Positions 53,519 through 64,000 of a stretch of DNA of 64,000 nt are shown here, one piece after another. How positions within the stretch are numbered: the first letter of the stretch is position 1; the number at the start of each line of letters is the position of its first letter. A model generated the notes under the pieces. That model was given only the letters and a program-made list of their open reading frames with translations, made no database searches and was not told the DNA's origin. Both the position numbers and the translations under genes were made by a program. The stretch comes from Pseudonocardiaceae bacterium (lineage in GTDB: Bacteria; Actinomycetota; Actinomycetes; Mycobacteriales; Pseudonocardiaceae): the NCBI GenBank assembly GCA_050699575.1, contig JBOHFG010000101.1, positions 13,589 to 77,588 on the forward strand, read 5' to 3'.

Positions 53519-54121
53519 ATGACCATGACCAGCATCGTCGCTACACCTACCGTCCTGGGGCGGACCTCGCGTCGCGGTCCACTACGGACAGCCATCCTCG
53601 CCCTCACTGTGGTCACCGTGGTCGCCTTTGCTGCCGCTGGCTGGTTCAGTGTGTCCTGGTACCGGGCCACCCACGACAAGTCCCTTGCCCTGGGTATGGA
53701 CCGGGACGCCGTGCTGCGGGATGCGCAGTTGGCCACGTTCACCCTCAATACCCTCGATTATCACCAGGTGCAGGACGGGTTGACACTGTGGGAGCGCTCC
53801 GCGGCCGGATCCCTGCTCACGCAGCTGCAGGCCAACCGCAAGATCTATGCACGGGCCATCACCGACTCGACAACGATCAGTACCGCGAAGGTTCTCGATG
53901 CTGCGGTCGCCTCCCTCGATGAGCGAGCCGGCACCGCGCAGGTATTTGTTGCGGTGGACGTCACGTCGCAATCCGAGCAGGGTGACCCGAGCTGCGTGCA
54001 CCGGCGTGTCCGACTCGACATGATCCGTGTTGGCAATGCCTGGCGGGCTGGCGCGTTGGCGCCGGTCGGCGACGCGTACTCCGAGCCTGGACCGTGTCCA
54101 CCCACGTCGTCGCCCAGATAG
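53519..54121 (+). CDS. Mce-associated membrane protein (Mas)-like, paralogue 1
   Basis: N-terminal TM 'AILALTVVTVVAFAAAGWF', then 'RDAVLRDAQLATFTLNTLDYHQVQDGLTLWERSAAGSL' and a SnoaL-like C-terminal region. Closely similar to 54769..55359. Confidence 0.7.
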   Translation: MTMTSIVATPTVLGRTSRRGPLRTAILALTVVTVVAFAAAGWFSVSWYRATHDKSLALGMDRDAVLRDAQLATFTLNTLDYHQVQDGLTLWERSAAGSLLTQLQANRKIYARAITDSTTISTAKVLDAAVASLDERAGTAQVFVAVDVTSQSEQGDPSCVHRRVRLDMIRVGNAWRAGALAPVGDAYSEPGPCPPTSSPR

Positions 54122-54175
54122 GGCCGCCCAAATAGGGTCGCCCGGATAGGGTCGCTCAGAGAGGAGAGAGTCGAG

Positions 54176-54745
54176 ATGACCATCCCGGCCCCGCTGTTAC
54201 CTGCCTCCACCGAGGAGGTGGTGAAGCGACCCCGGCGTCTGACCAGGGTGGCAACCCTGGTGGGTCTGGTCGCTGCGACGGTGATCGCAGTAGTGCTCGC
54301 TGCCTGGTTCCGTGGCGAGGCCAACCAGCTGGCCGGATCAGCGGCGGCGAGTAACGCGGCATTGGTCGATGCCGGTAGCACTGCTCAGGTCTCTGAGCAG
54401 GTACGCGACGCGGTGCAACGCGTCTTCTCCTATGACTTCGCCCGGTTGGATGACAACGAACGAACCGCTTCCCAGGTAGTCACTGGACCGTTCGTCGAAG
54501 GTCTTCATCAGCAGTTTGTCCGGGTTCGGGAGCTGGCACCCGCACAGCAGGCCGTGGTGGTGGCTACCGTGCCTGCGCTCGCCGTCAAGATGCTCGACGG
54601 TGACCGGGCGGTCGTGCTGGTGTTCGTCGACCAGCAGGCCCACCAAGGCGGTCAAGCCAAGCCGCTGCTGGCCGCCAGTAGGCTGACCGTCACTGCGCAG
54701 CGGGTCAACGGCAGCTGGAAGATCGCCGACGTGGAGCCGTTCTGA
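54176..54745 (+). CDS. Mce-associated membrane protein (Mas)-like, paralogue 2
   Basis: N-terminal TM 'LVGLVAATVIAVVLAAWF', then 'VRDAVQRVFSYDFARLDDNERTASQVVTGPF...' and C-terminal '...VNGSWKIADVEPF'. Confidence 0.65.
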   Translation: MTIPAPLLPASTEEVVKRPRRLTRVATLVGLVAATVIAVVLAAWFRGEANQLAGSAAASNAALVDAGSTAQVSEQVRDAVQRVFSYDFARLDDNERTASQVVTGPFVEGLHQQFVRVRELAPAQQAVVVATVPALAVKMLDGDRAVVLVFVDQQAHQGGQAKPLLAASRLTVTAQRVNGSWKIADVEPF

Positions 54746-54768
54746 CCACCTCGGATCCCCGGGCCTGG

Positions 54769-55359
54769 TTGGGCGGACCGCTTCGCACCGCGATCCTCGC
54801 GGTGGGGATGCTCGCTGTGGCGGCCGTGGTCGCCGTCGGCTGGTTCGGACTGTCCTGGTATCGGGCTGCCCACGATGAGTCGCTTGTGCTGGGCATGGTC
54901 CGCGATGCCGTGCTGCGGGATGCCCAGGAGGCCACGATCAACCTCCACACGCTGGATTATCGGCGAGTGCAGGACGGGTTGGCGCTGTGGGAGCAGTCGG
55001 CGACCGGCTCGGTGCTCGATGATGTGCGGGCCAACCGGGACACCTATGCCCGCGCCATGACCGATGCGAGAATGATCACGACCGCCAGCGTGCTCGACAG
55101 TGCAGTCGCTGAACTCGATGAGCGTGCGGGGACCGCCCGGGTACTCGTCGGGGTGGACGTCACGTCGCAACGCGGGCAGGGTGAGGCGAGCTGCCTGCGC
55201 CGGCGCGTGCAGCTGGAGATGCGTCGGGACGGCCGCCGGCACGATGGCACTGCCTGGAAGGGCGACACTGCCTGGAAGGTCGACCGGCTGGTGCCGGTCG
55301 GCGCCGCAAACCCGGCGCTCGAAGCGTGTTCGGCGGTCCGGGCGTTGCCGCCTAAATAG
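54769..55359 (+). CDS. Mce-associated membrane protein (Mas)-like, paralogue 3
   Basis: 'RDAVLRDAQEATINLHTLDYRRVQDGLALWEQSATGSVL' parallels paralogue 1 almost residue for residue. A TTG start is assumed. Confidence 0.65.
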   Translation: MGGPLRTAILAVGMLAVAAVVAVGWFGLSWYRAAHDESLVLGMVRDAVLRDAQEATINLHTLDYRRVQDGLALWEQSATGSVLDDVRANRDTYARAMTDARMITTASVLDSAVAELDERAGTARVLVGVDVTSQRGQGEASCLRRRVQLEMRRDGRRHDGTAWKGDTAWKVDRLVPVGAANPALEACSAVRALPPK

Positions 55360-55371
55360 CCGAAATAAGGA

Positions 55372-55413
55372 CCGGGTAGCTGCTTTGATCAGTCGTCCCG
55401 GTCAGCTACCCGG
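55372..55413 (+). terminator. Hairpin (11-bp perfect stem) downstream of the third Mas-like gene
   Basis: ccgggtagctg - 20 nt - cagctacccgg, starting 13 nt after the stop codon. No U-tract. Confidence 0.35.
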
Positions 55414-55517
55414 CCGCTGATCGTGCACATCCGACCACTGATCGGACGATGGACTCTTGACGGAAGACGTCTGGCAAGTCACTCTAAGGACACGCTCGCG
55501 CCGGCTTCGTCCGGCGC

Positions 55518-55546
55518 TGGACAGTCGCCGTCCTAGCGGTTAGACT
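55518..55546 (+). promoter_or_regulatory. Candidate sigma-70-type promoter in the rpoB leader (TGGACA-17 nt-TAGACT)
   Basis: Sequence pattern only: a -35-like TGGACA at 55518-55523 and a -10-like TAGACT (TANNNT) at 55541-55546, about 180 nt upstream of the rpoB start. Confidence 0.25.
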
Positions 55547-55727
55547 GCTTCTTTGCGCTGCCCACTGTCAGTTCCCTGCGAGCAGGGCCCCTCAATTGCG
55601 GGGTTCTCTGCGCACAGGGTTCTCGGGCTGCGTCGATGGTAACACTTGAGCATCCCCACAACTACACATCAACAACTGCACCAACGCGGCGCAGGGAGCG
55701 TGGTCGCCAGGCGACCACGCAGTCCGT

Positions 55728-58700
55728 GTGCTCGGCAGCGCTAGTGTTCGGAAGGACGCAATCTTGGCAGTCTCCCGCCCGACCAAGACCTCTGCTGCGA
55801 ACTACTCCGTATCCCGCCTCCCGGGGGCGCCGGCTCGGCCGTCTTTCGCGAAGATCCGTGAGCCGCTTGCGGTCCCCGATCTATTGGACTTACAGCTCCA
55901 ATCGTTCGAGTGGCTGATCGGTGCCGACCAATGGTTTAAGCGCCGTGTCGAGGCCGGTGACGACCAGCCCATCGGCGGTCTCGCGGAGGTGCTCGAAGAG
56001 ATCTCTCCCATCGAGGACTTCTCCGGCTCGATGTCCCTGTCTTTCTCCGATCCGCGCTTCGATGAGGTCAAAGCCTCCGTCGAGGAGTGTCGGGACAAGG
56101 ACATGACCTATGCGGCGCCCCTGTTCGTCACGGCCGAGTTCACTAACAACAACACCGGTGAGATCAAGTCGCAGACGGTGTTCATGGGTGACTTCCCGAT
56201 GATGACCAACAAGGGCACCTTCATCATCAACGGGACCGAGCGGGTCGTGGTCTCCCAGCTCGTTCGCTCCCCTGGCGTGTACTTCGACCACGCCGTGGAC
56301 AAGACCACCGACAAGGACGTCTACAGCGTCCGGATCATTCCCAGCCGTGGCGCCTGGCTGGAGTTTGACGTCGACAAGCGCGACACGGTAGGCGTGCGGA
56401 TCGACCGCAAGCGCCGCCAGCCGGTGACTGTGCTGCTCAAGGCTTTGGGCTGGACGACCGAGCGGATCGCCGCGCGCTTCACCCACTCCGAAACGCTGCT
56501 TGCCACCCTGGAGAAGGACCACACCGGCGGCCCCGACGAGGCGCTGCTGGACATCTACCGCAAGCTGCGCCCGGGCGAGCCGCCCACCAAAGAAAGTGCG
56601 CTGGCGCTGCTGGAAAACCTCTTCTTCAAGGTCAAGCGGTATGACTTGGCCAAAGTCGGCCGTTACAAGGTCAATAAGAAGCTGGGCCTCGCGCTGCCGC
56701 ACCGCAACGGCGTGCTCACCGAGGACGACATTGTTACTACCATCGACTACCTCGTCCGACTGCACGCGGGCGAGACAACGATGCCGGCCGCGGGTGGCGC
56801 ACCCGATGCGACGGTGCCGGTGGAGACCGACGACATTGACCACTTCGGCAACCGTCGGTTGCGCACCGTGGGTGAGCTGATCCAGAACCAGATCCGGGTC
56901 GGCCTGTCCCGCATGGAGCGGGTGGTTCGGGAACGGATGACCACACAGGACGTCGAGGCCATCACGCCGCAGACCCTGATCAACATCCGTCCCGTGGTGG
57001 CGGCGATCAAGGAGTTTTTCGGCACTTCCCAGCTGTCCCAGTTCATGGACCAGACCAACCCGCTGGCCGGGTTGACCCACAAGCGGCGGCTGTCCGCACT
57101 GGGTCCGGGTGGCCTGTCCCGGGAGCGGGCCGGTTTCGAGGTCCGTGACGTGCACCATTCGCACTACGGTCGGATGTGCCCGATCGAGACCCCGGAGGGT
57201 CCGAACATTGGGCTGATTGGGTCGTTGTCGTCCTACGCCCGGGTCAACCCGTTCGGATTCATCGAGACGCCCTACCGCAAGGCCGTTGACGGGCGCGTCA
57301 CCGAGAAGGTCGACTACCTGACCGCGGACGAGGAAGCCCGGCACGTCATCGCGCAGGCCAACGCGGTGCTGGACGAGGACGGCTCCTTCGCCGAGGAGCG
57401 CGTGCTGGTCCGCCGCAAGGGTGGCGAGGTCGACTACATCGACCCGCAGGGCGTGGACTACATGGACGTCTCACCCCAGCAGATGGTCTCGGTGGCCACC
57501 GCGATGATCCCGTTCGTCGAGCATGACGACGCCAACCGGGCCCTGATGGGTGCCAACATGCAGCGCCAGGCGGTGCCGCTGCTGCGCAGTGAGGCGCCCC
57601 TGGTGGGAACTGGTATGGAGCTGCGGGCCGCGGTGGATGCCGGCGACGTCGTGGTGGCCGACAAGGCCGGCGTGGTCGAGGAGCTGTGCGCCGACTACGT
57701 CACCGTGATGGCCGACGACGGCAGCCGGCAGACCTACCGGATGCACAAGTTCCACCGCTCCAACCAGGGCACCTGCATCAACCAGCGACCCATCGTGGCT
57801 GACGGGGACCGGGTGGAGATCGGCCAGGTGATCGCCGACGGGCCGTGTACCGACACCGGCGAGATGGCCTTGGGCAAGAACCTGCTCGTGGCGATCATGC
57901 CTTGGGAAGGCCACAACTACGAGGACGCCATCATCCTGAGCCAGCGTCTGGTGCAGGACGACGTGCTCACTTCGATCCACATCGACGAGCACGAGATCGA
58001 CGCCCGGGACACCAAGCTCGGTGCTGAGGAGATCACCCGGGACATCCCGAACGTCTCCGAGGAAGTACTGGCGGACCTGGACGAGCGAGGCATCATCCGG
58101 ATCGGCGCTGAGGTACAGGCCGGTGACATCCTGGTCGGCAAGGTAACGCCGAAGGGCGAGACCGAGCTGACTCCCGAGGAGCGGCTGCTGCGGGCCATCT
58201 TCGGAGAGAAGGCTCGCGAAGTCCGCGACACCAGCCTCAAGGTGCCGCACGGCGAGACCGGCAAGGTCATCGGCATCCGGGTGTTCTCCCGCGAGGATGA
58301 CGACGAGCTCTCACCCGGCGTCAACGAGCTGGTCCGGGTCTACGTCGCACAGAAACGCAAGATCCAGGATGGTGACAAGCTCGCCGGCCGGCACGGGAAC
58401 AAAGGCGTCATCGGCAAGATCCTGCCGGTAGAGGACATGCCGTTCCTGCCGGATGGCACACCGGTGGACATCATCCTCAACACCCACGGTGTGCCGCGCC
58501 GGATGAACATCGGGCAGATCCTGGAGACCCACCTCGGCTGGATTGCCAAGCGCGGTTGGAAGATCAACGGTGATCCCGACTGGGCCTCTCGGCTGCCTGA
58601 GGAGCTGTACCAGGCCGAGCCGGGCACCGTCGTCGCTACGCCGGTGTTCGACGGCGCCAAGGAAGAGGAGATTACCGGTCTGCTCGGCTCTACCCTGCCC

Positions 58701-59258
58701 AACCGGGACGGCGAGCAGATGGTCGGATCCGACGGCAAGGCGCAGCTGTTCGACGGTCGTACGGGTGAGCCCTACCCGTACCCGGTCGCGGTCGGCTACA
58801 TGTACATCATCAAGCTGTTGCACCTGGTCGATGACAAGATCCATGCTCGCTCGACCGGTCCTTACTCGATGATTACGCAGCAACCGCTGGGTGGAAAAGC
58901 ACAGTTCGGCGGTCAGCGTTTCGGTGAGATGGAGTGCTGGGCGATGCAGGCCTACGGGGCGGCGTACACCCTGCAGGAACTGTTGACGATCAAGTCCGAC
59001 GATGTGCTCGGCCGGGTGAAGGTGTACGAGGCCATCGTCAAGGGCGAGAATATTCCTGAGCCTGGAATACCCGAGTCCTTCAAAGTGTTGCTCAAAGAGC
59101 TGCAATCGCTGTGCCTCAACGTCGAGGTGCTCTCCAGTGACGGGGCAGCGATCGAGATGCGGGACACCGACGATGAGGACTTGGAGCGGGCTGCGGCCAA
59201 CCTCGGCATCAACCTTAACCGTCCTGAGGCGCCATCGGTCGATGACGTCGTGCAGTAA
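55728..59258 (+). CDS. rpoB: DNA-directed RNA polymerase subunit beta
   Basis: '[25 protein letters not shown]', '[33 protein letters not shown]' and '[33 protein letters not shown]'. The exact start is uncertain (GTG 55728). Confidence 0.95.
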   Translation: MLGSASVRKDAILAVSRPTKTSAANYSVSRLPGAPARPSFAKIREPLAVPDLLDLQLQSFEWLIGADQWFKRRVEAGDDQPIGGLAEVLEEISPIEDFSGSMSLSFSDPRFDEVKASVEECRDKDMTYAAPLFVTAEFTNNNTGEIKSQTVFMGDFPMMTNKGTFIINGTERVVVSQLVRSPGVYFDHAVDKTTDKDVYSVRIIPSRGAWLEFDVDKRDTVGVRIDRKRRQPVTVLLKALGWTTERIAARFTHSETLLATLEKDHTGGPDEALLDIYRKLRPGEPPTKESALALLENLFFKVKRYDLAKVGRYKVNKKLGLALPHRNGVLTEDDIVTTIDYLVRLHAGETTMPAAGGAPDATVPVETDDIDHFGNRRLRTVGELIQNQIRVGLSRMERVVRERMTTQDVEAITPQTLINIRPVVAAIKEFFGTSQLSQFMDQTNPLAGLTHKRRLSALGPGGLSRERAGFEVRDVHHSHYGRMCPIETPEGPNIGLIGSLSSYARVNPFGFIETPYRKAVDGRVTEKVDYLTADEEARHVIAQANAVLDEDGSFAEERVLVRRKGGEVDYIDPQGVDYMDVSPQQMVSVATAMIPFVEHDDANRALMGANMQRQAVPLLRSEAPLVGTGMELRAAVDAGDVVVADKAGVVEELCADYVTVMADDGSRQTYRMHKFHRSNQGTCINQRPIVADGDRVEIGQVIADGPCTDTGEMALGKNLLVAIMPWEGHNYEDAIILSQRLVQDDVLTSIHIDEHEIDARDTKLGAEEITRDIPNVSEEVLADLDERGIIRIGAEVQAGDILVGKVTPKGETELTPEERLLRAIFGEKAREVRDTSLKVPHGETGKVIGIRVFSREDDDELSPGVNELVRVYVAQKRKIQDGDKLAGRHGNKGVIGKILPVEDMPFLPDGTPVDIILNTHGVPRRMNIGQILETHLGWIAKRGWKINGDPDWASRLPEELYQAEPGTVVATPVFDGAKEEEITGLLGSTLPNRDGEQMVGSDGKAQLFDGRTGEPYPYPVAVGYMYIIKLLHLVDDKIHARSTGPYSMITQQPLGGKAQFGGQRFGEMECWAMQAYGAAYTLQELLTIKSDDVLGRVKVYEAIVKGENIPEPGIPESFKVLLKELQSLCLNVEVLSSDGAAIEMRDTDDEDLERAAANLGINLNRPEAPSVDDVVQ

Positions 59259-59369
59259 CGGCTCCCAGATCGCGTCTGGGGCGAGGGCGGACCTCCCGCC
59301 CGCCCTCGCCCCAGACGAATGACACAGACACTTAGGGTTTCCATCAACACAGGGGAGAAGGAAGCAGAC

Positions 59370-63296
<3,927 letters not shown>

Positions 63297-63304
63297 CCCG
63301 GTTG

Positions 63305-63444
63305 GTTGGTGGCTCTTCAAGGACCACCAACCCCGGTTCTGGATGTCTTTAACGACGGCTAACCCCCGCTGGCAAGCCAGCGGGGGTTAGCCGTCGTTAA
63401 AGACCGTCATCCTGGGGGTTGGTGGTCCTTGAAGAGCCACCAAC
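63305..63444. repeat. 140-bp nested imperfect palindrome (30-bp outer arms and 27-bp inner arms, both perfect) between convergent rpoC and a CoA-transferase gene
   Basis: Outer arms 63305-63334 / 63415-63444 (gttggtggctcttcaaggaccaccaacccc and its exact reverse complement). Inner arms 63346-63372 / 63377-63403 (tctttaacgacggctaacccccgctgg and its exact reverse complement). There is an 11/11-nt internal bubble and a 4-nt loop. Each outer arm is itself a 9-bp hairpin. Confidence 0.9.
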
Positions 63445-64000
63445 GGCGGGCGCGACAGCCCAATCGGTGAGTACCTCGGCGGTGTCGGCACCGGGGTGGG
63501 GTGGCGGTGTCGGCTGGTCGGGGCGGGTGCGAGAGAACCGTGGTGCGGGGGCTGCCTGGGGTACCCCGTCGACTTCAATGATGGTGCCGCGCGCCGCGAT
63601 GTGTGCGTGGGCGGCCACCTCGGAGAACGGCAGTACTGGTGTGACGCAGGCGTCGGTTCCTTCGAAGACGGCCACCCACTCATCGCGGGGGCGACTGGCG
63701 AACACTTCGGTGAACCGCTGACGCAACACTGGCCACCCCGCTGGGTCCAACTGTTTGGGCAGCCCCGCCTCGGTGAGCCCAAGGCCCTCCAGCAGTGCTG
63801 CATAGAACTCCGGCTCCAGCGATCCGACGGCGACGTAGCGCCCGTCGGCGCAGGCGTAGGTGTCGTAGAACGGTGCTCCTGAGTCGAGCAGGTTGCTGCC
63901 TCGCTGGTCGCTCCACAACCCGCAGGCACGCCACGACCAGAACATCTGGGCCAGCACGCTGACCCCGTCCACCATGGCTGCGTCGATGACCTGACCGGCA
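63397..64000 (-). CDS. Family III CoA-transferase (CaiB/BaiF; alpha-methylacyl-CoA racemase-like), C-terminal part; 5' end outside the window
   Basis: '[21 protein letters not shown]...[37 protein letters not shown]...PVLPFSEV' matches the CoA_transf_3 family. The frame is open to base 64000. The last ~16 codons lie inside the palindrome. Confidence 0.8.
   Translation of the reverse strand, partial: AGQVIDAAMVDGVSVLAQMFWSWRACGLWSDQRGSNLLDSGAPFYDTYACADGRYVAVGSLEPEFYAALLEGLGLTEAGLPKQLDPAGWPVLRQRFTEVFASRPRDEWVAVFEGTDACVTPVLPFSEVAAHAHIAARGTIIEVDGVPQAAPAPRFSRTRPDQPTPPPHPGADTAEVLTDWAVAPAVGGSSRTTNPQDDGL

Overview
This is a high-GC (roughly 65-70% by eye) chromosomal segment from an actinobacterium (Actinomycetota). 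All identifications come from reading the supplied translations and the DNA. No database search was run.

Conserved core genes:
- pstC(partial)-pstA-pstB, followed by a translationally coupled, receiver-less PhoB/OmpR-type DNA-binding protein.
- tatA and an APC-family permease.
- A complete, co-directional K+ uptake locus: a micro-ORF, then kdpF-kdpA-kdpB-kdpC-kdpE-kdpD.
- An FAD oxidoreductase, ppc, an L,D-transpeptidase, and a GAF-GGDEF-EAL signalling protein.
- The classical actinobacterial cluster tRNA-Thr, tRNA-Met, rpmG, hadA/hadB-like dehydratases, tRNA-Trp, secE, nusG, rplK, rplA, rplJ, rplL, rpoB, rpoC. Here it is interrupted between rplL and rpoB by a lipase-like hydrolase and three Mce-associated-membrane-protein paralogues.
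- A partial family III CoA-transferase at the right edge.

Accessory or unusual content:
- A 911-aa STAND (NACHT-like) NTPase with TPR repeats and no effector domain.
- A membrane-anchored protein that has only the Hsp70 nucleotide-binding domain, coupled to a class V PLP enzyme.
- An HTH-TPR regulator followed by a conserved hairpin and four translationally coupled small ORFs (13.8-16.7 kb). This module is duplicated and decayed at 41.2-43 kb.
- A low-GC islet (16.9-19.0 kb) with a nitrobindin-like beta-barrel protein and a tRNA-like scar.
- A fragmented gene for a TM + PstS-like protein.
- An apparently cytoplasmic operon of an FG-GAP-repeat/copper-radical-oxidase fusion and a six-hairpin glycosidase-like protein.
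- An EACC1-like gene plus a caspase-like gene whose STAND NTPase part has lost its P-loop and is truncated. This looks like a remnant of an NTP-dependent conflict system.
- A stretch of gene remnants at 42.5-44.1 kb.
- In-frame tandem repeats in nusG, the hydrolase and tatA.
- A 140-bp nested palindrome just after rpoC that also supplies the last codons of the convergent gene.

No CRISPR array, rRNA, transposase or integrase was seen. Many long ORFs in the supplied track are antisense or out-of-frame artefacts of high GC content and are not reported.
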